64,000 bases of DNA from contig CAJQIZ010000021.1 of NCBI GenBank assembly GCA_905478555.1, forward strand, positions 13,479-77,478. Direction: 5' to 3'. The notes below the pieces were generated by a model. The model searched no databases. It saw nothing but the letters and a program-made list of their open reading frames with translations, and was not told the DNA's origin. Below are positions 1 through 12,617 of the stretch, in pieces; within the stretch, counting starts at the first letter, position 1; each line of letters starts with the position of its first letter. The translations under genes were made by a program, and so were the position numbers. The stretch is from an uncultured Flavobacteriales bacterium (GTDB lineage Bacteria > Bacteroidota > Bacteroidia > Flavobacteriales > BACL11).

Positions 1-1490
1 TGTGCTGGAGCAGGTAATTTACCTGACTTTAAGACATTCGCTAAATCTTGACCTTCATTAACATCAAAATTTCCAGAAATTTCAGATCTACCATTTGGAA
101 TTTCATCATTTACAGTTGGCCATGACTTCACATAACCATCTAAAACAATTGCAATAGACTTACCTCTGCCATCTGCACCTTTAGAAGCGGCAGCTCTTCC
201 AGTTGCCGCTTTCCAGATGTTAGCTCCATCTGCATTCATATTCATAGACACCTTTACTACTCCATTGTCTAATACTTGTTGAGCATCAGTAATTACCCCT
301 CCATCCATAATATATCCATTAGTACCTTTCTTTTTTAGTGCGATTACAACAAAAGATTCTTTTGAAGGATCATTAGGAGAGAAAGCTAGAGCAAATTTTA
401 AATCTGGATCAAAATTACTCATAAATGACTCGTCATTTATATAAGAATTTAACAATGATGTATCTTTTAATAAAGTGTAACCTACTATAGGACCATTACC
501 TTCAAAACCTTGAGGAATACCACAAACAGCAAACCATGGGTTCTCAAGAGCTGAGAAAGTAGAATCTGAATTAGTAGTATCTTTTTCTACACCTGACCTT
601 TCAGCTAAAAAAGAGTTAGCTAGTTGAATATCTTCAAATACTTCTGAAAAATCAAAAGTTTCCCAAAACTCTAATTGAGCAGAAGATTGTAATAATTTTT
701 TTGCTCTATCTGGATCTTCAATTCCTGGAAGTTCAACAATAATTCTACCAGGAACATTTGTTTTCTGAATATTTGGTTGTGTTACTCCAAATCTATCAAT
801 TCTACTTCTTAAAATTTCAAACGAACTTTCAATAGCATCATCCACTTCAGACTTAACAACAGACATAACATCTTTATTGTTTTTGCCTTGAACTTTTTCT
901 CTTAAAACTCTTGTCCCAAAAATAGAAGATAATTCAGTTCCTTCTTCAGAAAACTCTAAAGCAAACAAATCTACAAAACCTAATTGAGAACTTTCCATAT
1001 TCTTTTCAGCATTCTTAAGTGCTGTTCTGAATTCTGGATTTTTATTTTTTCCAGACAAAGAAACTAAGACATCCTTTACAGAAACCTCTAAAGTTACATT
1101 CATACCACCTTTAAGGTCAAGTCCTAAGTTTATTTCTCTTTCTTTACACTCCTGAAAAGTGTACATGCCCATAAAAACATCTCTTGCAGAACCATCTTCA
1201 TTTACAGATTCTTTCTTAATGTACTCTCTCTCTAAATATTGTAAAATCAGGTCTCGGTTATCATCATAGTTAGATTTTATCTCCTCTAATTTCACAGTTC
1301 TCTGCACAGAGTCAGAAATTGTGGAATCTAAAACAGCTAATTCATTGTTTAAATTTACATCAATGTTCTCTACAGCATATTCAACAGCAGCATCTTCAAC
1401 ATTACTTACTTTCCATGTAAATGACAATTGATAAACACAAACTAATGCAAACACAATCGCTAAATACAATATTGGTTTTCTACTTTTCAT
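1..1490 (-). CDS. secD: Protein translocase subunit SecD/SecDF, N-terminal part (runs off the window's left edge)
   Basis: Manual reverse-strand translation from the ATG at 1490..1488 gives MKSRKPILYLAIVFALVCVYQLSFTW..., LGLDLKGGMNVTLEVSVKDVL, RIDRFGVTQPNIQ...GRIIVELPGIEDPDRAKKLLQSSAQLEFWET and ...LKSGKLPAPA. These are classic SecD periplasmic-domain motifs. The frame stays open to position 1. It is absent from the ORF track because it is truncated. Confidence 0.85.
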   Translation of the reverse strand, partial: MKSRKPILYLAIVFALVCVYQLSFTWKVSNVEDAAVEYAVENIDVNLNNELAVLDSTISDSVQRTVKLEEIKSNYDDNRDLILQYLEREYIKKESVNEDGSARDVFMGMYTFQECKEREINLGLDLKGGMNVTLEVSVKDVLVSLSGKNKNPEFRTALKNAEKNMESSQLGFVDLFALEFSEEGTELSSIFGTRVLREKVQGKNNKDVMSVVKSEVDDAIESSFEILRSRIDRFGVTQPNIQKTNVPGRIIVELPGIEDPDRAKKLLQSSAQLEFWETFDFSEVFEDIQLANSFLAERSGVEKDTTNSDSTFSALENPWFAVCGIPQGFEGNGPIVGYTLLKDTSLLNSYINDESFMSNFDPDLKFALAFSPNDPSKESFVVIALKKKGTNGYIMDGGVITDAQQVLDNGVVKVSMNMNADGANIWKAATGRAAASKGADGRGKSIAIVLDGYVKSWPTVNDEIPNGRSEISGNFDVNEGQDLANVLKSGKLPAPA

Positions 1491-1624
1491 AATTTAATTT
1501 CATTAATTTTTTAGATCAGCAAATATAAACTTTCATATAAGAATACACAATAACAGAACATTCATTTTTTCATCTGTTTTATTCTGTAATTTTTCATAGA
1601 TTTGTTTTTTAAATTTATTTTATA

Positions 1625-3763
1625 ATGAAAAACCTATTTTACATTTTATTTATACTAATTTCATCTTACTTTAACTTATCTTCTCAAATCAACTTTACTA
1701 GAGATACAACCATCAAGATATTCGAAAACTCACAAGAACTATTAAACGCTTGGAATGGAGGAACAAACTCTGCTCAAATATCAGAAATAGACTTAAATTT
1801 AGATGGAATAAAAGACATAATTCTATTTGATAGATGCGGAAACAAACTATCTCCTTACTTAAATGTTAACGGTAATTTCATCTTTTCTCCACAATTCAGA
1901 ACTCAATTTCCAGACATAAAAAGCTGGATTCTTTTAGAGGATTATAATGGAGATGGTAAAAATGACATTTTTACTTATTCAACAGCAGGAATTAAAGTAT
2001 ATTTAAATAATTCAACATCTAATTTATCCTTCATATTAACTTCATCATTACTTCTTAATTCTTCAAGTGGAATAAATATTTATGTAAGTCCAATGGATTT
2101 ACCTGCATTTTCAGATATCGATTATGATGGAGATATTGATATCTTAACATTTGATATCAGTGGAGGATTTGTACACTATTATAAAAATATGTCAGTGGAA
2201 AACTATGGAGATTCTAACCACTTAGAATATGAAAATGTAAATAACTGTTGGGGGAATTTCTATGAAGGACTTAACACCTATGTTCTGAACTGTAATAATT
2301 GTTTATGCCCACCAATAAACATTTCTAGCACAAACAAAAGTAAACACGCAGGATCCTCATTAATGGCAATAGATGTTGATGGTGACAATGATAAAGATTT
2401 AATTTTAGGAGATGTAAGCTTCAATAATCTAAATCTATTAATTAATGGAGGGGATAATCAGAACGCTAATATTATAACGGTTGACAGTAGTTTTCCTCAG
2501 AATAATTTAAATACAATTCCTGCAGACATTCACATATTTCCTTCTGCATTTTATCTAGACGCTACCAATGATGGAATTAAAGATTTAATATTAACTACAA
2601 ATATGCAAAATAATTCTGAAAATAAAGAAAGTTGTTGGTTATATGAAAACTCCAACAATAACGAATCACCTGAATTCAATTTTATACAGAAAGATTTTAT
2701 CCAAACAGAAGGAGTAGACTTAGGAGAAAACGCACACCCTACATTTTACGATTTTGATGGAGATGGATTAAAAGATTTATTTATTGGAAATTACGGATAC
2801 CACGTTGCAAGCGGAACTCCAGTCTCTAAAATTGCTCATTTTAAAAACACAGGAACTCAACAACTAGCAAAATTCACTTTAATAACAGAAGATTTTATGG
2901 GGATTTCATCTATTAATTTGAATACAAGTTTGAATAGGGCAGTACTAAATCTTTACCCTACTTTTGGAGACTTAAATGGAGACGGCCTAAAAGACTTAAT
3001 ATTGGGAGATGCAGATGGGAAAATTCATTTCTTTACAAATAACGGAACAACATTTAATGTAAACACACCCAACTTTGAAAATATTGATGTAGGATATTTT
3101 GCAACTCCACAAATTATAGATGTAAATAGAGACGGTTTAAGAGATTTAATTATTGGAAATAAAAAAGGAACTATCTCCTACTTTCAGAATACAGGAACAC
3201 AAACCACCCCTAACTTCTCAACAGAAACAACTAATTGGGGAGGAATTGACATAGACTCCTCATACATTCAGAATGGGTTTAGCAGTCCTAAATTAGTAGA
3301 CATTAACGGAGAATACCATTTATTTTCTGGTTCTATTTCAGGCAGAACTTATTTACACAATAATATAGAAGGCAATTTATATGGATTATTCACTCAATTA
3401 AACAGCATCAATAATAATGTATGGGAAGGTGGAAAAACATCTATTTCACTTTCTTATCTAGATAACGACAGTTTAATAGATTTGATTATAGGGAACCAAT
3501 GTGGAGGAATAGCATACTTTAAAGGAGATTCTACTATTTACACCTCAAATAATGAGATTCAAAATACTTTCAGCATCTATCCGAATCCCGCAACAAAAAT
3601 TATATATATAGTCAACAACAAAAAAGAAACTATAAACATATACAACTCTATAGGTGAATTGGTGATTTCTACAAAAAAAGACAAGATAAATATTAAAAAT
3701 TTAGCTGTCGGAATATATTTTGTAAAAATAAAAAATAAAACTTCTCAATTTATTAAGCAATAA
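1625..3763 (+). CDS. FG-GAP/VCBS-repeat secreted protein with T9SS type A C-terminal sorting domain
   Basis: The protein has a signal peptide (MKNLFYILFILISSYFNLSSQ). It has many DxDxDGxxD / DxNGDGxxD calcium-loop repeats (DLNLDGIKDI, DYNGDGKNDI, DFDGDGLKDL, DLNGDGLKDL, DVNRDGLRDL). The C-terminus FSIYPNPATKIIYI...IYNSIGELV...LAVGIYFVKI is a typical Por_Secre_tail. Confidence 0.8.
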   Translation: MKNLFYILFILISSYFNLSSQINFTRDTTIKIFENSQELLNAWNGGTNSAQISEIDLNLDGIKDIILFDRCGNKLSPYLNVNGNFIFSPQFRTQFPDIKSWILLEDYNGDGKNDIFTYSTAGIKVYLNNSTSNLSFILTSSLLLNSSSGINIYVSPMDLPAFSDIDYDGDIDILTFDISGGFVHYYKNMSVENYGDSNHLEYENVNNCWGNFYEGLNTYVLNCNNCLCPPINISSTNKSKHAGSSLMAIDVDGDNDKDLILGDVSFNNLNLLINGGDNQNANIITVDSSFPQNNLNTIPADIHIFPSAFYLDATNDGIKDLILTTNMQNNSENKESCWLYENSNNNESPEFNFIQKDFIQTEGVDLGENAHPTFYDFDGDGLKDLFIGNYGYHVASGTPVSKIAHFKNTGTQQLAKFTLITEDFMGISSINLNTSLNRAVLNLYPTFGDLNGDGLKDLILGDADGKIHFFTNNGTTFNVNTPNFENIDVGYFATPQIIDVNRDGLRDLIIGNKKGTISYFQNTGTQTTPNFSTETTNWGGIDIDSSYIQNGFSSPKLVDINGEYHLFSGSISGRTYLHNNIEGNLYGLFTQLNSINNNVWEGGKTSISLSYLDNDSLIDLIIGNQCGGIAYFKGDSTIYTSNNEIQNTFSIYPNPATKIIYIVNNKKETINIYNSIGELVISTKKDKINIKNLAVGIYFVKIKNKTSQFIKQ

Positions 3764-3793
3764 AAAAAGTCCATCTTTTCAGATGGACTTTTT
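3764..3793. terminator. Bidirectional intrinsic terminator between convergent genes
   Basis: A perfect 13-bp inverted repeat, AAAAAGTCCATCT-tttc-AGATGGACTTTTT, has an A-run on the left and a T-run on the right. It lies between the + strand stop at 3763 and the - strand stop at 3812. Confidence 0.6.
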
Positions 3794-3811
3794 AATATTA
3801 TTAATCTTAAC

Positions 3812-4738
3812 TTAAGAATCTAATAAAGCATTAGTTTTCTTAACCCCTTCAGCAGACTCTTGTAGTTTTTCCATTTCAGAATCACTTAAGTCTAACTCAA
3901 CAATTTTTTCAATTCCATTTCTTCCTAAAATTACCGGAACACCAATACATAAATCCGACAAACCGTATTCTCCATCTAAAAGAACGGAACAAGGAAACAT
4001 TTTCTTTTGATTACAAGCAATAGAGTGAACTAATGAAGAAACTGCAGCTCCTGGAGCATACCACGCAGAAGTACCTAACATTCCTGTTAATGTAGCGCCC
4101 CCAACTTTAGTAGATTCTAACACTTCATACAATCTTTCTTCAGAAATAAATTCTGAAACTCTAACCGAATTTCTAGTTGCCAATCTTGTTAAAGGAAGCA
4201 TTCCTTTATCTGAATGACCACCAATAACCATTCCATCTACATCAGAAGAAGGACATTCCATTGCTTCTGATAACCTATATTTAAACCTAGCAGAATCTAA
4301 AGCTCCACCCATACCAATAATTCTGTTTTTTGGTAAATTTGTAGTTTGGTGTACTAAGTAAGTCATAGTATCCATAGGGTTACTTACAATAATAAGAATA
4401 ACATTAGGAGAATGTTTGATTAAGTTTTCTGAAACTATTTTCACGATTCCAGCATTAATACCAATCAACTCTTCTCTTGTCATACCTGGCTTTCTAGGAA
4501 TACCAGAAGTAATTACTGCAATATCAGAACCTGCTGTTTTTGAGTAATCGTTAGTACTACCAACAATTTTAGTGTCGAAATTATTTAAAGATGATGTTTG
4601 CATTAAGTCCATTGCTTTACCTTCAGCAAAGTTTTCTTTAATATCTACTAAAACCACTTCAGAAGCAAAGTTTTTTATTGCAATATACTCTGCACAACTC
4701 GCTCCAACTGCTCCAGCGCCTACTATTGTTACTTTCAT
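3812..4738 (-). CDS. mdh: Malate dehydrogenase (LDH-like, NAD-dependent)
   Basis: The N-terminus MKVTIVGAGAVGASCAEY is a Rossmann GxGxxG motif. Also present are ITSGIPRKPGMTREEL, the GGHSD catalytic His region, and a length of 308 aa. Confidence 0.9.
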   Translation of the reverse strand: MKVTIVGAGAVGASCAEYIAIKNFASEVVLVDIKENFAEGKAMDLMQTSSLNNFDTKIVGSTNDYSKTAGSDIAVITSGIPRKPGMTREELIGINAGIVKIVSENLIKHSPNVILIIVSNPMDTMTYLVHQTTNLPKNRIIGMGGALDSARFKYRLSEAMECPSSDVDGMVIGGHSDKGMLPLTRLATRNSVRVSEFISEERLYEVLESTKVGGATLTGMLGTSAWYAPGAAVSSLVHSIACNQKKMFPCSVLLDGEYGLSDLCIGVPVILGRNGIEKIVELDLSDSEMEKLQESAEGVKKTNALLDS

Positions 4739-4775
4739 TTTTTGTGTTTTATAATTAATGTATTTTATGACTTAT

Positions 4776-6821
<2,046 letters not shown>

Positions 6822-6846
6822 TTATCAACAAAAGTTAATAACTTTT

Positions 6847-8535
6847 TTAGAAAGAATAACTAAATCCTATCCTAGCATTTATACCTATTTCTTGGTATCC
6901 TTCCCACATATCTTGCTTAGAGTTAAAAATATTGTTAATTCTTAAATATGCTGAAATAGATTTTATGTAATTATAATCAATAGAAATGTTAGTATGAAAT
7001 TGATGACTTAAGTCAAAAATATCATTATAATTAATATGATAATTTTGCAATGAATCTTGTAATCCTCCAACTGATTTTCTTTTTCCTAAATACGAAACAG
7101 AAGTATTCACCTTTATCTTTTCATCTAAGTTTAAAGACACTCCTAAATTTCCATTAATATTTTCTTTATTAGAAACAATTGTATCATAATTAAAATAATT
7201 AGCAGACGCGTGAATTCCAACTAAATCATTTATTTGCCACTCATAATTTGCATTTGCATGCAATCTCCAAACATCTATATAAGATGAAAGATACTTTCCA
7301 TTTGGATAGTATGGTACTTTATAAAAGATAGGGGTGTTTACAATATAAGAATAAGATAATTTTCCTTCAAACAACTCATCTTTACCTATTATATTTTTCA
7401 TATAAAGGTACGCTTCATTTTCATCAGTAGTTCTTAAATCTAATGTGTTGAAATCATCAAACACTACATCTTGATTTGTTGTAAAAGCATATATATATGG
7501 ATTATCATCTGAGAGTGATTTAATTGTATTTCTATAACCATTATTCTCCAATCCTCCTTCAATGTACAGGATATTTTTTACTAAAAATTTACTTATATTA
7601 AGATAAGGAAATAAACCTATTTCAACACCATTTAGATCGTCTAAGATGTAATCAGAACTAAACCCTAAATCTATATCAAAATCATACTTCTCTATAGAAA
7701 TAAAAGAATTTAATGCAAAAATCTTGAATTCAGATCGATCTACATCATTCAACTCTGAATTTGCATAATTTATAAAATTATCAAATTCTATTTCCAATTG
7801 AATAGAATATCCTTTTATGTTTTTACTTAAATATGTATTCAGATGAATTTGATTTTCTGACAATTCATTTAAATCTGAAATAAAGAAATGTGTTCTGTGT
7901 TTTAATTTGTAATCAGAAAGCTCCCTTGAAAAGATAGTAGATCCAATTTTTGAATAAGAAAATCTATTTTTATCATTAGAAGAACTTATAGACCAATCAT
8001 TAAGTTCAGGTCTATATTCATGTTTTATTGATTTTCTATCATAATCAAGGTTTACTACAAAAATATTTTTCTCCTCTATTTTCTTTCCGAAAATATGTAT
8101 TTGATTAAGTGAGTTTCTATGTTTTTCTGAATTCTCATCCGAATATCTACTTGTAAAATGATTTAAGTTAAGTCCGTAGGAATAATTATCTTTCCTTAAA
8201 CTACTTACCGAGACAGATGAAACGGACGTTAAAGGAAATCCACCACCCAACATTATAGTAGATCTAAATAAATCAGATTTTTTTTCTCCACTTACATTAG
8301 CGGCCTTTATTGGTCTCGACTCATAATCTGCATCCAAAGTTTTATCAATAAAACTATAAGTTTGAATCTTATTTACCACAGTAGTATCGGTAAACTGAGT
8401 AGTTTCTTTTATTTTTTCTGATTGCGGAATTTCAGATTTAAACCCCTCAACAACCGTTACTTCTGTAGGATCAATATCCTGTGCAATAACCACAGAAAAA
8501 CAGAATACAAATACCCCAATATTTAATATTTTCAT
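6847..8535 (-). CDS. Putative outer-membrane beta-barrel (porin-like) protein
   Basis: With the start at ATG 8535 the protein has a signal peptide MKILNIGVFVFCFSVVIAQ. It shows alternating aromatic/hydrophilic beta-strand-like composition and ends in the aromatic ...RIGFSYSF typical of OMP barrels. The track's longer start (8607) would overlap the upstream gene. Confidence 0.6.
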   Translation of the reverse strand: MKILNIGVFVFCFSVVIAQDIDPTEVTVVEGFKSEIPQSEKIKETTQFTDTTVVNKIQTYSFIDKTLDADYESRPIKAANVSGEKKSDLFRSTIMLGGGFPLTSVSSVSVSSLRKDNYSYGLNLNHFTSRYSDENSEKHRNSLNQIHIFGKKIEEKNIFVVNLDYDRKSIKHEYRPELNDWSISSSNDKNRFSYSKIGSTIFSRELSDYKLKHRTHFFISDLNELSENQIHLNTYLSKNIKGYSIQLEIEFDNFINYANSELNDVDRSEFKIFALNSFISIEKYDFDIDLGFSSDYILDDLNGVEIGLFPYLNISKFLVKNILYIEGGLENNGYRNTIKSLSDDNPYIYAFTTNQDVVFDDFNTLDLRTTDENEAYLYMKNIIGKDELFEGKLSYSYIVNTPIFYKVPYYPNGKYLSSYIDVWRLHANANYEWQINDLVGIHASANYFNYDTIVSNKENINGNLGVSLNLDEKIKVNTSVSYLGKRKSVGGLQDSLQNYHINYNDIFDLSHQFHTNISIDYNYIKSISAYLRINNIFNSKQDMWEGYQEIGINARIGFSYSF

Positions 8536-8545
8536 TTTATTTATT

Positions 8546-11500
8546 TTAAAAGTCTTCCTCAATTTGTAAATCAGAATAGATAATAATATAATCTTTCGAA
8601 TCTCCAATTTCTATAGAAACTTCCTCTTCTACCAACACATTATTTTCTACTTGTTCCTCTTCTATTATTAACTCCCATTTCGACTTAGCCTCATTCACCA
8701 CATCCTCACTATCAGAGTTTTCAATGATACTCTCTAAAGTTGCTTTTGCCTGATAACTATTATCTTGTTTAAAGTAAATATCCGAAAGAAGAATAAAGGC
8801 TTTTGCAATCCAAAAATTAGAAGAGTACTTATCTGACATCTCAAAAACTATCCTTTCACACTCCTCATAATCTTCATCCAAAAAGGTGAAATACGATTTC
8901 ATATACATTGCTTCCGAACCATCTTTATTTGTTGTTAATCGTACAATTTCATTACATAAATCAGAAGACCTAGCGTAATTACCATTATCAAAATCAGAAC
9001 GAGCTATAATAATTTTAGCTCTCGATATAAGTCTATTATCTAACTTATCTAAAGAAAGTAATCGTTCTGCATAACGAACAGCAAGGTTCTGATTTGAATT
9101 TTCCATCCCAAACATTAATCTTGTAGTAGACTCCCTTTTTAATCCCTCTGAAGAAGCAATTGTATCTAATATCTGATAATACTTATTAGAAGAAACAATA
9201 TCATGAGAATCGTAAGAATAACGACAAATTCTAACCAAGGAAGGTTCATAGAAAACAGAAATATCAAAATCCAACACTCTCTTATAAGAACTTATTGCAT
9301 TTAAAGTATCCTTGGTTTTCCAACAAGATTCTGCATAATAATAAAAAGAATGTTTATCAAAGATTGCATCCTCCCCAAATTTATTTAAATAGTCCCCAAA
9401 ATTAACTTTAGACAATTCATAATCTCCCTTTTTAAAGTTATTATAAGAAACCTGATAACTTAAAGAATCCTTAGCTGTAACAGAAATATCTAGTTGGGGA
9501 ACCTTATTTATATAATCAAGATACTCACTTATATCTCCTTTTTTAACAAAGGCATTTTTCAAACCTATTTTGGCACCTTTAAACGAACTTGTTTTTGGGT
9601 ACATTTCTATCAAATTCATGAGATTAACAATAGAGGAGTCTAACTTGTTTTGATTATAATAAATTAATCCTTTATTTAACAATGATTGAGACAACACCTC
9701 CTCATCAGAGGATAGAGACAGAAGTAAGTTAAAGTAATTAATAGCTAGCTCATCTTTGTCTTGATTTTTATACAGATTAGCTAAGTCAAATAATGACCTT
9801 TCTAAATAAATCGAATTAGATTTATTATTTACTAATAACAATAAACAATCTTCCTGTTGTTTGTGACTAGATAGTAAAGAATAACATTTAGATTTTTGAT
9901 ACATAGCGTAATCTTCATCTAACTCCGACTCTATAGATTTTTCATAATATCTTACTGCATTTTTAAAATCACGAAGCATATAATAACTATCGGCCAATCT
10001 CAAATTTGCGTCATTCCACCTTTCTTTATCTAAGTTTGAATTAATAGATTTACGGAAATAATTAACTGATTTATCGTATTGTTTTGATTGAAAGTAAGAA
10101 TAGGCTAAATTATACTTTGCCGTTCCTATCTGATTCACTAAAGAATTTGAGGGAGTACTAATATATTCCGTATAGTAATTAGCAGACCTTCCATAATCCC
10201 TTAACTGATAATAACAATCTGCTAACAGATACAAACACATTACATCAATTTCTTTATTCTCTGGGTGTTTCCTAGCAAACTCAAACTTCACTAAGGCATT
10301 ATTATAATTAGCATTATTATAATGTTGCACACCAATATAATAAGCTAATCTCTGTAAAGTCACCTTTTCTTCTTTTTCTGGAAGATGATTGCTCTTTAAA
10401 AAATCAAAGGCTTGCTGATATTGATTAGTAGATTGAAACATATTAATTAACAATCTTTTTACCTCCGATTTATATTTAGACAAGTGATTAGTAGAAAACT
10501 CTTCTAAAACATAAGTTAAATTTGTATAAGGTAAATCCAATTCATAAGCAAGTTTAAAGTAATTATATAAAGACTCTTCTTTTAACTGCAAGTCTGAATT
10601 AACAGAAGCCGCTTTCTCAAAGGCATGTAAAGCAAAGTTTTTCTGATTATTCATTAAATATGATTTCCCTAAATAATAAGAATTATACTGAAATAAACTG
10701 TCAGAAACATTTTCTACTTTTTCTAAATAGACAATAGCTTCACTATAATCTTCTAAAAAAACATTTATCTGACCTAACTGAAAATAATCAGACATTTTAA
10801 TATCTTCATCAAAACCTATATATTTCTTAAAATAGATTTCTGAATTTTCATAATCTGCTAATTGATAATATGATTCCGCTATTATCCTATTCATCTCTAC
10901 CTCCCTGGATGATATAACAGATTCTAAAACTGGAATAGAATAATCCAGAACATCCTGATACATCTCCAAAGAAAAATATATTTGAGTAATATAATACGGA
11001 ACTATCCTTCCAAAAAAATTATCATTTTTTAGTAACATAAAAGTAGATAAGGATTTATTATATAGTTTTTGAAGATAGGAAATATGAGCATAATAATACA
11101 AAGATAAACTTCCATACTTTACTCCACTAACCTTTTGTAAGTGATATTTAGCATCATCCAATTGGTCAATAGAAAACATAGAGTATCCAATTTTAAAATA
11201 AAATTCATCATCTTTTAATTTACTATCTGTTACATTAGATAATAACTGAGAAACTTTTAAATAGTTTTTTTTTGAGAAATAGATATATGATAAATCAATA
11301 ACAGCAATCTGATAATAATTAGAATAGATATATTCTTTTAAGAAAGAGTTATACCAAAAAATAGCATCTGTATTATTTAAATTTTTAGAACAGTTTGCTA
11401 TTCTATAAACTAACAAGTCTGTATCAATTCCTTGCTCTAAAAGTGTGAGGTATTGATTTTGAGCAGCACTATACTCTTGTTTTGAAAAAAGAAGTTCTGC

Positions 11501-11581
11501 TGTTTCAAAAGTAACTTCTTGAGAAAAAACAGATGAAGACAACATCACAAGAGTCAGGTAAAAAGAAAGTGTTTTTTTCAT
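8546..11581 (-). CDS. Large secreted tetratricopeptide-repeat (TPR) protein
   Basis: It has a signal peptide (MKKTLSFYLTLVMLSSSVFSQ). About 1,000 aa of repeated 34-aa helical units are rich in A/Y/L, with recurrent 'Y..A...Y' and 'A..Y..S' patterns. It appears co-oriented and operonic with the beta-barrel gene. Confidence 0.75.
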   Translation of the reverse strand: MKKTLSFYLTLVMLSSSVFSQEVTFETAELLFSKQEYSAAQNQYLTLLEQGIDTDLLVYRIANCSKNLNNTDAIFWYNSFLKEYIYSNYYQIAVIDLSYIYFSKKNYLKVSQLLSNVTDSKLKDDEFYFKIGYSMFSIDQLDDAKYHLQKVSGVKYGSLSLYYYAHISYLQKLYNKSLSTFMLLKNDNFFGRIVPYYITQIYFSLEMYQDVLDYSIPVLESVISSREVEMNRIIAESYYQLADYENSEIYFKKYIGFDEDIKMSDYFQLGQINVFLEDYSEAIVYLEKVENVSDSLFQYNSYYLGKSYLMNNQKNFALHAFEKAASVNSDLQLKEESLYNYFKLAYELDLPYTNLTYVLEEFSTNHLSKYKSEVKRLLINMFQSTNQYQQAFDFLKSNHLPEKEEKVTLQRLAYYIGVQHYNNANYNNALVKFEFARKHPENKEIDVMCLYLLADCYYQLRDYGRSANYYTEYISTPSNSLVNQIGTAKYNLAYSYFQSKQYDKSVNYFRKSINSNLDKERWNDANLRLADSYYMLRDFKNAVRYYEKSIESELDEDYAMYQKSKCYSLLSSHKQQEDCLLLLVNNKSNSIYLERSLFDLANLYKNQDKDELAINYFNLLLSLSSDEEVLSQSLLNKGLIYYNQNKLDSSIVNLMNLIEMYPKTSSFKGAKIGLKNAFVKKGDISEYLDYINKVPQLDISVTAKDSLSYQVSYNNFKKGDYELSKVNFGDYLNKFGEDAIFDKHSFYYYAESCWKTKDTLNAISSYKRVLDFDISVFYEPSLVRICRYSYDSHDIVSSNKYYQILDTIASSEGLKRESTTRLMFGMENSNQNLAVRYAERLLSLDKLDNRLISRAKIIIARSDFDNGNYARSSDLCNEIVRLTTNKDGSEAMYMKSYFTFLDEDYEECERIVFEMSDKYSSNFWIAKAFILLSDIYFKQDNSYQAKATLESIIENSDSEDVVNEAKSKWELIIEEEQVENNVLVEEEVSIEIGDSKDYIIIYSDLQIEEDF

Positions 11582-11734
11582 AATAATGAGAGGTGTTTAT
11601 CAATTTTTAAAATTAAATAATAAGGAGTTAACCTACAATACACTAACTTTAAGTTTTCAACATCTTTTCTTAACAAGTATAAGTAGATTTTGCATACACT
11701 AACACAATAAAAACACTATTTTTGACTTAATATT

Positions 11735-11947
11735 ATGATACACATACTTAAAATAAAAGGAACCGACAAAATACCAGATTTTGTTCAGATAAGAGATAAT
11801 AATTTATCTTTAAAAGCCTATTTCAGAGCCGATCAAGTGGATAGAGGACTAAAGAAAAACAATATAAACGATCCAGAAGGGAAAATTAAAAAAGCAATCA
11901 TGGATAGTGACTTTGGTAAAATTTTTAAATTTGAAGAAGATGAATAA
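11735..11947 (+). CDS. Small hypothetical protein (70 aa), overlaps the ftsE start
   Basis: The ORF has an ATG start and its stop overlaps the ftsE ATG (ATGAATAA). I recognised no family, so the coding status is uncertain. Confidence 0.4.
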   Translation: MIHILKIKGTDKIPDFVQIRDNNLSLKAYFRADQVDRGLKKNNINDPEGKIKKAIMDSDFGKIFKFEEDE

Positions 11948-12617
11948 TCCAATAATTTCAATAAATAACTTACATATTTCTTACAATGAAAATGTGATTT
12001 TAAAGAATATTAACCTCAACATCAACAAAGGAGATTTTATATACTTTATTGGAGAAACAGGAAGTGGAAAAAGTTCATTACTAAAATCATTATATAAAGG
12101 AGTAGACATTTCTGAAGGAACAATATCAGTTGGTGAGTTTAATCTGAATACTATTAAGAAAAATAAAATAGCATATTTAAGAAGAGAATTAGGTATTATA
12201 TTTCAGGATTTTCAATTATTATCTGACAGAAATATTTATAAAAATTTAGATTTCGTACTCCGATCTACAGGATGGAAAGATAAACATAAGATAAAAAATA
12301 GAATTATAGAAGTATTAGAAACGGTACACTTAACTAATGTAGAAAAAAAGATGCCTTACGAACTTTCAGGAGGAGAACAACAAAGAGTATCTATTGCAAG
12401 AGCCTTACTAAATCATCCTAAAATAATTTTAGCAGACGAACCAACTGGGAATTTAGACCCAGAAAAATCAAATAGCATAATTGAAACCATGAAAGAAATA
12501 AACTTAAATGGAACAACTGTTGTTATTGCTACACACGATTATTCTATTATAAAAACCTTCCCAAGTACTACCTACCAATTTGAAAACAAGGAGATAAAAG
12601 AAGTAGCTATATCCTAA
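11940..12617 (+). CDS. ftsE: Cell-division-type ABC ATPase FtsE
   Basis: It has Walker A GETGSGKSS, the signature LSGGEQQRVSIARAL and Walker B ILADEPTGNLD, and is about 225 aa. I chose the start at ATG 11940 (MNNPIISINNL). Confidence 0.85.
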   Translation: MNNPIISINNLHISYNENVILKNINLNINKGDFIYFIGETGSGKSSLLKSLYKGVDISEGTISVGEFNLNTIKKNKIAYLRRELGIIFQDFQLLSDRNIYKNLDFVLRSTGWKDKHKIKNRIIEVLETVHLTNVEKKMPYELSGGEQQRVSIARALLNHPKIILADEPTGNLDPEKSNSIIETMKEINLNGTTVVIATHDYSIIKTFPSTTYQFENKEIKEVAIS

